From the NCBI RefSeq assembly GCF_021246445.1, contig NZ_JAJQXW010000001.1, forward strand, positions 1,258,168 to 1,322,167: a DNA stretch of 64,000 nucleotides, in the 5' to 3' direction. The notes under the pieces are model-generated. The model was not told the origin of the DNA and ran no database searches. It saw only the letters and a program-made list of their open reading frames with translations. This DNA is from Rhabdothermincola salaria (GTDB lineage: Bacteria; Actinomycetota; Acidimicrobiia; Acidimicrobiales; Acidimicrobilacustridaceae). How positions within the stretch are numbered: position 1 is the stretch's first letter; the number at the start of each line of letters is the position of its first letter. Shown here in pieces: positions 27,143 to 36,768 of this stretch. Made by a program: the position numbers and the translations under genes.

Positions 27143-30100
27143 ATGAGCAGTTCCTTCCTCGACGCCGCCCGCCAGCGAGTGGTCGTCTACGACGGTGCCA
27201 TGGGCACCGGCATCCAGTCCGCCGGGCTCACGGCCGACGACTTCGGGGGTCCGGACCTGGAGGGGTGCAACGAGCTCCTCGTGGTGACGCGTCCGGAGTT
27301 CGTCGCCGATCTCCACGCCAGCTACCTGGAGGTGGGGTGCGAGGTGATCGAGACCGACAGCTTCGGCAGCCTCGGCCTCACCCTGGCCGAGTACGGCATC
27401 GCGGAGCGGGCCCACGAGCTCAACGTGGCCGCCGCCCGCGTCGCCAAGGACGTCGCCTCGTCGTACGCCACCCCGGATCGCCCCCGGTGGGTGGCCGGCT
27501 CCATCGGCCCCGGCACCAAGTTCCCCTCGCTGGGCCAGGTGCGCTACGCCGAGATGCGCGACGAGTACGAGGTCCAGGCCCACGGCCTCATCGAGGGTGG
27601 CGCCGACCTGCTCATCATCGAGACGTTCTTCGACCTGCTCTCGGTGAAGGCGGCCATGAACGGCGCCCGCCGGGCCATGCGATCGATCGGCCGGGAGGTC
27701 CCCCTTCAGGTCCAGGTCACCATGGAGCTCACCGGGCGCATGCTGCCCGGCACCGAGATCGCCGCCGCCCTGGCCGCCATCGACCCGCTGCGCCCCGACG
27801 TGATCGGCATCAACTGCGCCACCGGGCCGGTGGAGATGGGCGAGCACCTACGCCACCTGGCCGCCCACGCCCGCGTCCCGATCTCGTGCATCCCCAACGC
27901 CGGCCTGCCCAGCGTGGTCGACGGCGAGATGCACTACGACCTGACCCCCGCCCAGCTGGCCGAGCACCATGCCCGCTTCGTCACCGAGCTCGGCGTCAAC
28001 GTCATCGGCGGCTGCTGCGGCACGACACCCGAGCACCTCGCCGCCGTGGTCGAGCGCTGCCGCGACCTGGAGGTCGCACCACGCTCCCCGCAGCACGAGG
28101 CCGGGGCGACGTCGATCTACTCCCTGGTGCCCTTCGAGCAGGACACCTCGTTCATGATCATCGGCGAGCGAACGAACGCCAACGGCTCCAAGAAGTTCCG
28201 CGAGTCGTTGCTCGAGGGCGACCTCGACACCTGCGTGCAGATGGCCAAGGACCAGGTCAAGGAGGGCGCCCACGTCCTCGACCTGTGCGTCGACTACGTC
28301 GGGCGCGACGGCACGGCGGACATGGACGAGCTGGCCAAGTTGCTCGCCACCCAGGCCAGCGTCCCGCTGGTCCTCGACTCCACCGAGGCCCAGGTGCTCG
28401 AGGCCGGCCTGCAGTGGCTGGGCGGACGGGCGATCCTCAACTCGGCCAACCTCGAGGACGGCGACGCCGAGGGCAGCCGCTTCGACAAGGTCATGAAGCT
28501 GGCCAAGGAGTACGGCGCAGCGGTGATCTGCCTGCTCATCGACGAGGAGGGCCAGGCCCGTGACGTCGAGTGGAAGATGCGGGTCGCCCACCAGATCCAC
28601 GACCTCGCGGTGGACCGCTACGGGCTGGAGTCGAGCGACCTGATCTTCGACGCCCTCACGTTCCCGTTGTCCACCGGCGACAACGACCTGCGCGGCGACG
28701 CCATGGCCACGATCGAGGCCATCCGGCGCATCAAGTCCGAGCTGCCGGGTGTCTACACCACCCTCGGCGTGTCCAACGTGTCGTTCGGCCTGAAGCCGGC
28801 TGCCCGCCACGTCCTGAACTCGGTCTTCCTGCACGAGTGCGTGCAGGCCGGCCTCGACTCGGCGATCGTCCACGCGGCGCGCATCATGCCGCTCAACAAG
28901 ATCCCCAACGAGCAGCGAGAGGGCTGCCTCGACCTCATCTACGACCGCCGTCGCGACGACTACGACCCCCTCACAGCGCTGCTCGACACCTTCGCCGACG
29001 TCCAGACCAGCGAGGTCGTGCGCGAGGACCGCACCGACTGGTCCGTGGAGCAGCTGCTGAGCCAGCGCATCATCGACGGCGAGCGAGAGGGGCTCGAGGA
29101 CGACCTCGACGCCGCCATGGCCAAGGGCCTCGCGCCGTTGGCGATCATCAACGACGTGCTGCTGGCCGGGATGAAGGTGGTCGGTGAGCTCTTCGCCACC
29201 GGCGAGATGCAGCTCCCCTTCGTGCTGCAGTCCGCCGAGACGATGAAGACGGCCGTCGCCTACCTCGAGCCGCACATGGAGAAGGACGACTCCGGCGGCA
29301 AGGGCCGCATCGTGCTGGCGACCGTCAAGGGCGACGTGCACGACATCGGCAAGAACCTGGTCGACATCATCCTCACCAACAACGGCTACGAGGTGGTCAA
29401 CCTCGGCATCAAGATCTCGATCGCCGAGATGATCGAGAAGGTCCAGGAGGTGAAGGCCGACGCGATCGGCATGAGCGGCCTGCTCGTGAAGTCCACCCTG
29501 ATCATGCGCGAGAACCTCGAGGAGCTCAACGCCCGGGGCCTGGCCGAGATCCCGGTGCTGCTCGGCGGGGCCGCCCTCACCCGCAGCTACGTCGAGCGGG
29601 ACCTGCGCGAGGTGTACGAGGGCCGGCTCTTCTACGGCAAGGACGCCTTCGAGGGTCTGCGGGTCATGGACCGCATCGCCGACATCAAGAAGGGCGGTGA
29701 CGACGACGCCGACTGGGGCCGGGTCCCGAGCGAGAGCACCGTCCCGGCTCGTCGCAGCACGACCACCGCCGACCCGGCCGAGCCGGTGGTGCTCCCGGCT
29801 CGCTCCCCCGACGTCGAGACCGACAACCCGGTGTTCCGGCCCCCGTTCCTGGGCACCAAGGTCGTGAAGGGCATCCCCCTCGACGACATCGTCGACTACG
29901 TCAACGAGACCGCCCTCTTCCGCAACCAGTGGGGCTTCCGTCCGGAGTCGACGGCCGACGGGAGCACCGAGACCGACGAGGAGTTCAAGGCCCGGGTCCG
30001 GTCGACCCTGCGCTCCCAGCTGGCCGAGGCCAAGGCCGCCGACATGCTCGTCCCCCAGGTGGTCTACGGGTACTTCGCCGCCAACGGCGACGGCGACGAT

Positions 30101-30640
30101 CTGGTCGTGTGGAGCGACGAGTCCCGTACCGAGGAGTTGGCCCGCTTCCACTACCCGCGCCAGAACAAGGCCCCGTTCCTGTGCATCGCCGACTTCTTCC
30201 GCCCGGTCGACTCCGGTGAGGTCGACTACGCCGCCTTCCACATCGTGACGATGGGCCAGCGGGTCAGCGACGTGACCGCCCGGCTCTTCGCCGAGGACCG
30301 CTACCAGGAGTACCTGCTGGTGCACGGCCTCGGGGTCGAGATGGCCGAGGCCCTCGCCGAGTACTGGCACCGGCGCATCCGGGAGGAGTGGGGCTTCGCC
30401 GACGAGGACGGGCCGTCGCTGGCCGGTCTGTTCCGCCAGCAGTACCGAGGGGGCCGCTACTCGTGGGGCTACCCCGCCTGCCCGGACCTCGAGGACAACG
30501 AGACCGTGGGGCGCCTGCTCGACGCCGGCCGGGTGGGCATCGAGGTCGGTGAGGAGACCGGCTTCCAGTTCCAGCCCGAACAGACGACGTCGGCCATCAT
30601 CTGCCATCACCCCCGCGCCAAGTACTTCGTGGCCCGCTGA
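27143..30640 (+). CDS. metH: cobalamin-dependent methionine synthase
   Basis: DGAMGT, GGCCGT, IGERTNANGS, GDVHDIGKN, SGLL, RYSWGYPACP. Confidence 0.98.
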   Translation: MSSSFLDAARQRVVVYDGAMGTGIQSAGLTADDFGGPDLEGCNELLVVTRPEFVADLHASYLEVGCEVIETDSFGSLGLTLAEYGIAERAHELNVAAARVAKDVASSYATPDRPRWVAGSIGPGTKFPSLGQVRYAEMRDEYEVQAHGLIEGGADLLIIETFFDLLSVKAAMNGARRAMRSIGREVPLQVQVTMELTGRMLPGTEIAAALAAIDPLRPDVIGINCATGPVEMGEHLRHLAAHARVPISCIPNAGLPSVVDGEMHYDLTPAQLAEHHARFVTELGVNVIGGCCGTTPEHLAAVVERCRDLEVAPRSPQHEAGATSIYSLVPFEQDTSFMIIGERTNANGSKKFRESLLEGDLDTCVQMAKDQVKEGAHVLDLCVDYVGRDGTADMDELAKLLATQASVPLVLDSTEAQVLEAGLQWLGGRAILNSANLEDGDAEGSRFDKVMKLAKEYGAAVICLLIDEEGQARDVEWKMRVAHQIHDLAVDRYGLESSDLIFDALTFPLSTGDNDLRGDAMATIEAIRRIKSELPGVYTTLGVSNVSFGLKPAARHVLNSVFLHECVQAGLDSAIVHAARIMPLNKIPNEQREGCLDLIYDRRRDDYDPLTALLDTFADVQTSEVVREDRTDWSVEQLLSQRIIDGEREGLEDDLDAAMAKGLAPLAIINDVLLAGMKVVGELFATGEMQLPFVLQSAETMKTAVAYLEPHMEKDDSGGKGRIVLATVKGDVHDIGKNLVDIILTNNGYEVVNLGIKISIAEMIEKVQEVKADAIGMSGLLVKSTLIMRENLEELNARGLAEIPVLLGGAALTRSYVERDLREVYEGRLFYGKDAFEGLRVMDRIADIKKGGDDDADWGRVPSESTVPARRSTTTADPAEPVVLPARSPDVETDNPVFRPPFLGTKVVKGIPLDDIVDYVNETALFRNQWGFRPESTADGSTETDEEFKARVRSTLRSQLAEAKAADMLVPQVVYGYFAANGDGDDLVVWSDESRTEELARFHYPRQNKAPFLCIADFFRPVDSGEVDYAAFHIVTMGQRVSDVTARLFAEDRYQEYLLVHGLGVEMAEALAEYWHRRIREEWGFADEDGPSLAGLFRQQYRGGRYSWGYPACPDLEDNETVGRLLDAGRVGIEVGEETGFQFQPEQTTSAIICHHPRAKYFVAR

Positions 30641-30675
30641 CCGGGCTGGTCAGCGGCCGCGCCCACTGCCGACCG

Positions 30676-32265
30676 CTATCGGTCGGAGGCCTCGGGTTCG
30701 AGCAACGGTGCCACCAGCGCCTGCACGCGCTCGGCGAAGCGTTCGAAGCCGAACTCCTGGGCGCGGGCGATGGCGGCCCGGGACATCTCCCGGCGGAGGT
30801 CGGGGTCGCCCACGAGCTGCGCGGTCACGGCGACCAGCCCGTCGAGGTCGCGGAACACGAAGCCGTCGTGACCGTCGCGGACGATGTCGGGTTGACCGCC
30901 CGCCGCCATGACGACCGGCACCGCACCCGCCGACATGGCCTCGACGGTGGTGATGCCGAAGTGCTCGGCGCGGACGGGGTCGGCGTCGACGTCCTCCCCC
31001 AACCCCGTCGCGTGCCAGTAGACCGAGGCTCTCCGGTAGAGCGCGTCGAGCTCGGCGCCACTGGCATCGATGTGGATGGTGACCGCCAGCCCCTCTGCGG
31101 CAGCTCGCACCTCGTCGAGGTAGGCATGGTCGTGGGGATCGCAGCCCCCGACCAGGTGGAGCTCCCAGCCCGGGGCCAGCCCGGTGCGGACCAGGCGGGC
31201 GAAGGCGTCGACCATCTCCCGTTGCTTCTTGGCATGGCCGCGGCCGGGAGCGAAGAAGCGACCCACCGAGAGGATGATCGGGTCCTTGGCCGCCGGTTCG
31301 CGAAGTCGCACCGGCGGTTCGAGCACCGTGCTGGTCCGGCCCCACCATCGCTCGATCCACCGTTGCGTGAACGGCGAGTTGGCCACGATCCGGTCGTAGG
31401 AGTCCAGCCAGGTGGTGTCGGTCGGGTCAGCGGCGAGGAGCGAGGCCCGGCCCAGGACGTGTCGACGCCACCCGTGGCCTCGTGTCACGGCCACCAGCGG
31501 CACACCCAACCGGCGCCGGTCGCCGTTGCCGAGCACCTCGTGAGCGACGTCGCTGTCGCTGTGGATCTCGACCAGCGCTCCGCCCGGGCGGCCCGGAACG
31601 ACGATGTCGAGGGAGAACGGGTCGATCAGGTCGCGCTTGCTCCGCGGGGGGCTCAGGGTGCCTTCGGCGACGACCTCACCGTCCACGAGGACACCGATCT
31701 GTCGTTCAGGGCCGCCCGGCACGTAGCGCCCGAACCACAGGGTGATCGGCTCCACCCCACCGGCCTGACCGTGCACCCGTAGGACCCCGTGGCCGTTCGT
31801 CCAGTGGACCTCCTGCCACCTGATCAGATCGGAGCGGTGCAGGCCACGCACCGCGTCGACGCGCAGCGAAGGCCGAGCCCACCGTCGTCCGCTGCGGACC
31901 AGAGCCCGTTGCCACGGTCGCAGCTCGCCACCGGGCTGATCCGGGAAGTGCACGACGTAGACGCCACGGGCGGCGCCGCAGCGGCCGTGGTCCCGATAGG
32001 AGAGGTTCACGAGGAGGTCGAAGCCGGCCGTCGTGGCCACCAGGGGCTCGGTCGGGTCGACGACCTGCACCGCGACCCGGGAGAGGTCCGCGGTGAGCCG
32101 CTCTCCCATCCAGCCGGTGTCGACGGCGTCGTGGGCGAGGAGGGTGACCTCGTGGTCCCGGCTCAGGACCTCGGCGACCCCTGCCGCGTACGCCTCGCCT
32201 CCACCGGCGGTCGGCCAGTAGGCGTCGTAGACAGCGACCCGGCGTCGCGACCCGCTCCCCGTCAC
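30676..32265 (-). CDS. GT4-family glycosyltransferase with internal extra domain
   Basis: WPTAGGGEAY, SVGRFF, EHFGITTVEAMSAG. Confidence 0.88.
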   Translation of the reverse strand: MTGSGSRRRVAVYDAYWPTAGGGEAYAAGVAEVLSRDHEVTLLAHDAVDTGWMGERLTADLSRVAVQVVDPTEPLVATTAGFDLLVNLSYRDHGRCGAARGVYVVHFPDQPGGELRPWQRALVRSGRRWARPSLRVDAVRGLHRSDLIRWQEVHWTNGHGVLRVHGQAGGVEPITLWFGRYVPGGPERQIGVLVDGEVVAEGTLSPPRSKRDLIDPFSLDIVVPGRPGGALVEIHSDSDVAHEVLGNGDRRRLGVPLVAVTRGHGWRRHVLGRASLLAADPTDTTWLDSYDRIVANSPFTQRWIERWWGRTSTVLEPPVRLREPAAKDPIILSVGRFFAPGRGHAKKQREMVDAFARLVRTGLAPGWELHLVGGCDPHDHAYLDEVRAAAEGLAVTIHIDASGAELDALYRRASVYWHATGLGEDVDADPVRAEHFGITTVEAMSAGAVPVVMAAGGQPDIVRDGHDGFVFRDLDGLVAVTAQLVGDPDLRREMSRAAIARAQEFGFERFAERVQALVAPLLEPEASDR

Positions 32266-32353
32266 GACGCCACCCCGACTGTGAACGCGCCGAGACCAGC
32301 CATCGCCACGACCCTACCGGCGCGACCTCGCGGCCCGAGGACGCCGGTGGCGC

Positions 32354-33694
32354 TCAACGAGCGACGAACCACGCGACCAGCTCGCGGTCGGCGACCCGCT
32401 GTCGGCGCCGCAAGCCCCGGCGCTTCGCCAGCATCCGGGGCAGAAGGCGGACGAAGCCGAGGAACGAGCCGACGCGACGACGGACCTGCACCGCCGTCGG
32501 TCGGCGAGCCCGGAGCACCGGGAGGACGACGTCGCGCCGGGCGTAGGAGGCGGTGACCAGGACGAAGCGCCACACCTCCCGCCACGCCATGGCGCGGGGC
32601 GCGTTCTTCACCAGCATCAGCAGCCGGTTCCGTTCGACGTAGTAGGCGAACAGCGGTGACGTGGCGTCCGAGCTGGCCGCGTGCACGTGGCGGGCCACCG
32701 CTCCCGGGGCCGTGCGATAGCCCCAGCCGAGGGCCCGACCCCGCCACGCCAGGTCGGTGTCCTCGTAGTACAGGAAGAAGTCCTCGTCGAAGAGCCCGGC
32801 GTCGGTGAGGTAGCCCTTGCGGAGCAGCACACCGCCTCCGCACCACGCGAACACGTCGCTCGGCTCGTCGAACTGGCCGAGATCACGTTCGAGCCAACCC
32901 CGGTCGGCGCCCGCCCCGTCCTCGTAGAGGATGGACCCGACGTTGTTCACCACGTCGTAGGCGGTGCCCGCCACCGGCACGACCACGTCGCACGCCCGAC
33001 GCCCCACGACCACGGTCACCTGGCCCGCCCCTCCGTCGATCACCACGTCCTTGGTCCGCTCGGCCTGCAACCGCAGCGTCACCGACGTGGGCTGGTCCTC
33101 ACCGACCGGCACCCTCAGCACCGACGAGCCGCTCGCCCACTCGAAGATCCCGTCGCGATCGTGCTCGATGCCCCAACCGCCCCGGCCGAAGTGGGCGTCG
33201 CGTCGACAGGACCGCCCCTCGACGACGACGTCGCGGAGCATGACCGCCAGCTCCCGCGAATCCCCGGTGCCGGGCACGAACGCAGGCGCACTGAGCGAGA
33301 GCTCGAGGAAGCGGGGGGCGAGCACCAGCTTCGAGCAGGCGGCCCCCAGCGCTCCATCGGCCTCCAGGGTGTCGACGAGCGCCGCCAGCCAGCCGGGTTC
33401 GACGAACGCGTCGTTGTTGATGAGCGCCACGTGGTCGACGCCCTCGAGGTCCCGCATGGCCAGGTTGTTGGCCGGGAACCCGCCGTTCACCGTGTTCGCC
33501 CGGATCTCGACCTCCGGGAAGCGCTGACGGATGGCCTCCAGGCTGTCGTCCGCCGACGCGTTGTCGACCACGACGATCTCGTAGCGATCATCGGGGTAGT
33601 GCACGCGCCGGAGGTGCTCGACGCACTTGGCCGTCATGGTGCCGCCGTTGAAGTTGAGCACGACGACGCGCACGAAAGGTCTCGATTGGGGCAC
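32354..33694 (-). CDS. GT2-family (rhamnosyltransferase-like) glycosyltransferase with internal extra domain
   Basis: VVVDNASAD, INNDA, GLFDEDFFLYYEDTDLAWR. Confidence 0.9.
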   Translation of the reverse strand: MPQSRPFVRVVVLNFNGGTMTAKCVEHLRRVHYPDDRYEIVVVDNASADDSLEAIRQRFPEVEIRANTVNGGFPANNLAMRDLEGVDHVALINNDAFVEPGWLAALVDTLEADGALGAACSKLVLAPRFLELSLSAPAFVPGTGDSRELAVMLRDVVVEGRSCRRDAHFGRGGWGIEHDRDGIFEWASGSSVLRVPVGEDQPTSVTLRLQAERTKDVVIDGGAGQVTVVVGRRACDVVVPVAGTAYDVVNNVGSILYEDGAGADRGWLERDLGQFDEPSDVFAWCGGGVLLRKGYLTDAGLFDEDFFLYYEDTDLAWRGRALGWGYRTAPGAVARHVHAASSDATSPLFAYYVERNRLLMLVKNAPRAMAWREVWRFVLVTASYARRDVVLPVLRARRPTAVQVRRRVGSFLGFVRLLPRMLAKRRGLRRRQRVADRELVAWFVAR

Positions 33695-33779
33695 GAGGCG
33701 AGCGTAGATCCCCTCTCGGGGCCCGAGGACCTCCCCTGTCGAGGCCCGAGGTCACCGCCCGCGGCGCGCCGGTACCCGG

Positions 33780-34658
33780 TCAGGACGCCTTCGACCGAGC
33801 CTCCCCCGCCTCGTCCGCCTGGCCCTCGTCGTCAGCGTCTCCGGTGTCGGCGCCACGCGCCGTGGGATGGCGCTTGCGGGTCTCCTTGGCGGCAGCCACC
33901 GAGGCTTCGAGCGCCGCCATGAGGTCGACCACCCGCTCGGGCTCGGCGGTGGCCGCCGGGACGACGACCTCCTCACCCGCCGCCTTGCGGTCGATCAGGT
34001 CGAGCACCGCCTGGCGGTAGGTGTCCTGGAAGCGCGCCGGCTCGAAGTCGGCCGAGAGCGACTCGACCAGCTGGGTCGCCATGGCCAACTCCTTGTCCGA
34101 GACCTCCACCTCGGCCACCTCGGCCAGATCGGGGATCTCGGCCGGGTCGTTGATCTCGTCGGCGTAGACCATGGTGGAGAGCACCAACCGGCCCTCCTGG
34201 GGACGGATGGCCGCCAGGTACTGCTTGGTCCGCATCACGAAGTGGGCGATGCCGACCTTGCCCTCTTCCTCCATGGCCCTGGCCAACAGGGCGTAGGGCT
34301 TGGAGGACTTGTCGGGCACCAGGTAGTAGGCGGCGTCGTAGAAGATCGGGTCGATCGAGGAGAGGTCGACGAACTCCTCGAGGTCGATCGTGCGGACCGC
34401 CTTGGGGTCGAGGGCCGCCAGCTCGTCCTCGCTGATGGTGACGTAGGCCCCGGAGTCGAGCTCGTAGCCCTTGACGATCTGGTCCCACGGGACCTCTTCG
34501 CCGGTCTCGGCGTCGACGCGACGCTGCTTCACGCGCGCTCCGGTGCGGCTGTCGAGCTGGTTGAAGTGCACCGTCTTGCGGCTCACGGCGCTGTAGAGCT
34601 TCACGGGGATGTTGACCAGCCCGAAGCTGATCGACCCACTCCAGATGGCACGGGGCAT
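33780..34658 (-). CDS. ku: non-homologous end-joining protein Ku
   Basis: MPRAIWSGSISFGLVNIPVKLYSA, IVKGYE, YYLVP, VVDLMAALEAS. Confidence 0.96.
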   Translation of the reverse strand: MPRAIWSGSISFGLVNIPVKLYSAVSRKTVHFNQLDSRTGARVKQRRVDAETGEEVPWDQIVKGYELDSGAYVTISEDELAALDPKAVRTIDLEEFVDLSSIDPIFYDAAYYLVPDKSSKPYALLARAMEEEGKVGIAHFVMRTKQYLAAIRPQEGRLVLSTMVYADEINDPAEIPDLAEVAEVEVSDKELAMATQLVESLSADFEPARFQDTYRQAVLDLIDRKAAGEEVVVPAATAEPERVVDLMAALEASVAAAKETRKRHPTARGADTGDADDEGQADEAGEARSKAS

Positions 34659-34682
34659 GGCGCTCTCCTTCCCGCCCGGTCC

Positions 34683-35549
34683 TCAGGAAAGTAGCGCCCG
34701 GGCGACCAGATCGGTGCTGAAGGCGGTGAGGATGGCCAGGTAGAGCAACCCGGTGGCGGCCATCACCGCGCTGTAGGCCCGTTCCTTCAACGCCAATCGG
34801 GTGACGACGACCAGGCCCAGGGTGGTGACGGCCGACATCACCCAGTACCAGCCGAGCAAGCCGTTGTACCCGTCGTCGATCGTGCCGTTCAGGGCCGACA
34901 CCATCCCGACCGGCACCAACAGCAGTGCGACCTCCGGGAACCACATGATGCCGGTCCAGCGCACCAGCTCGAGCAGGGGACCCCGGGCCATCCCCGGCTG
35001 CACGAGGTACCAGTGCCCGAGCAGCATGGCGTCGCTGACCGCTCCCAGGAAGGCCGCCCCCACGAGGAAGCGGGCGATCGCCAGCCACAGCTCTCCGTCG
35101 CCCGCGTCGGCGGCCACCGCCGCCGCGGCCAGGATGCCGGGCACGCCCAGGATGGGGGCGATGAGGTCGAGGCGAGGATCGAACTCCCGGACGGTCTCGT
35201 CCTTGCTGGCCGCCGATCGGTCGATGCCCGTCATGGCGGCCACCCGGGCCGAGCGGGCCTCGGCCAGCTCGACCTGGCCGGCGACGCCCGCCTGACGGCG
35301 CACCACCGACGAGACCAGGGCCGCGGTGGCCGCCACGGCGACCGCGACCGACGACAGGTCCCGCACGAGGTTGGTGTCGATGATCGCGAAGCCGATGTAG
35401 GCGGCGCCGGCCGCCATGAGGGCATACGTGCCCCGCATCAGCCACCCGTAGCCGAGGGAGACCTCACGTCGCCGGGTGGTCACCCACAAGAAGAGCAGGC
35501 CCCCGACCGACCACTGCAGCAGCACCGAGGCCGCGTCGAGGCTGATCAC
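34683..35549 (-). CDS. hypothetical polytopic membrane protein
   Basis: several TM segments; MLLGHWYL and MAATGLLY motifs. Confidence 0.75.
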   Translation of the reverse strand: MISLDAASVLLQWSVGGLLFLWVTTRRREVSLGYGWLMRGTYALMAAGAAYIGFAIIDTNLVRDLSSVAVAVAATAALVSSVVRRQAGVAGQVELAEARSARVAAMTGIDRSAASKDETVREFDPRLDLIAPILGVPGILAAAAVAADAGDGELWLAIARFLVGAAFLGAVSDAMLLGHWYLVQPGMARGPLLELVRWTGIMWFPEVALLLVPVGMVSALNGTIDDGYNGLLGWYWVMSAVTTLGLVVVTRLALKERAYSAVMAATGLLYLAILTAFSTDLVARALLS

Positions 35550-35562
35550 GAGGCGACAGGGC

Positions 35563-36672
35563 TCACGCGTCGACGACGACGAGGTCGTGGTCGGCCCGGT
35601 TGAGCGGTTCCGGCCCGTCGCTGGTGGTCACCACGATGTCCTCGAGTCGCAGTCCGAACCGTCCCGGCAGGTAGATGCCGGGCTCCACGGAGTAGGCGTG
35701 CCCCGCGGCGAGCGCGGTGGTGTTGCCCGTCACGATGTAGGGGTCCTCGTGCTCCTCGACGCCGATGCCGTGACCGGTGCGGTGGATGAAGTGGGCGCCG
35801 AGGCCGGCTGCTTCGATGACCCCCCGGGCGGCGGCGTCGACGTCCTCGCAAGGCGTGCCCGGCGACCCGGCGGCCACGGCGGCGGCCTGGGCCGGCTGCA
35901 ACACGGCGTAGGCCTCGGCCACGTCGGCCGGCGGCGCGTCACCCGCGACCACGCAGCGGGTGATGTCGGAGCAGTAACCGGCGCCGCTCTCGGTGGGGAA
36001 GGTGCCTCCGAAGTCGCAGAGCACCACCTCGCCCCGACCGATGCGCCGGTCCCCCGGCTCGTGGTGGGGGCTGGCGGCGTTCGGTCCGGCGGCGACGATG
36101 GCGAAGTTCACGCGCTGGTGGCCCTCGGCCAGGATGCGCCGCCCCAGCTCGGCGGACAGCTCGGCCTCGGTGCGGCCCACGAGGGGGATCTCGCCGCTCT
36201 GCAGGGCGAGGGCGATGCGGTCGACCGCCGCCGCCGCGGTGCGCAGGGCCTCGATCTCGGCTGCGTCCTTGATCGCCCGCAGCGGGCCGGTGACCCGGGA
36301 TGCGGCGCCGAAGCGGGCCGAAGGGAGCGCCTGTTGCAGGGCGAGGACGAACTGGGCCCAGGTTCGGTCGCCGATGACGGCGTTGGTGGCGGGGCCGACG
36401 AGGTCGGCCACCAGGGCGATGGGGTCCTCGGTCTCGCCCCACGGCCGCACGTGGAACACATCGGGGCGCTCGACCACCCGAGGCTGCTCGAGACGGGGCA
36501 CCACGAGGGTGGCGTCGCCGTCGCGGGGCACCACCAGCATCGTGAGTCGCTCGAGGGGCATGGCCTCGTAGCCGATCAGCCAGGGCAGGTCGGGCCCGAC
36601 CGAGAGCAGGCACACGTCGACACCCTGTTCGTCCATGGCGGCCCGCACCCGGGCCAGTCGCTCTGCGTGCAC
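35563..36672 (-). CDS. Xaa-Pro aminopeptidase (M24)
   Basis: ASPHH, DFGG..YCSDITR, HRTGHGIG.EEHE, SVEPGIY, GLRLED. Confidence 0.93.
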   Translation of the reverse strand: MHAERLARVRAAMDEQGVDVCLLSVGPDLPWLIGYEAMPLERLTMLVVPRDGDATLVVPRLEQPRVVERPDVFHVRPWGETEDPIALVADLVGPATNAVIGDRTWAQFVLALQQALPSARFGAASRVTGPLRAIKDAAEIEALRTAAAAVDRIALALQSGEIPLVGRTEAELSAELGRRILAEGHQRVNFAIVAAGPNAASPHHEPGDRRIGRGEVVLCDFGGTFPTESGAGYCSDITRCVVAGDAPPADVAEAYAVLQPAQAAAVAAGSPGTPCEDVDAAARGVIEAAGLGAHFIHRTGHGIGVEEHEDPYIVTGNTTALAAGHAYSVEPGIYLPGRFGLRLEDIVVTTSDGPEPLNRADHDLVVVDA

Positions 36673-36768
36673 GCGGTGAGGCTACCGGGGGGTCTCACCG
36701 CGTCCGAACTCGAGGTCAGGGCCTGACGCCCCGACCCGACGCCACCCCGGCGGGGGCGGCGACGAGGC

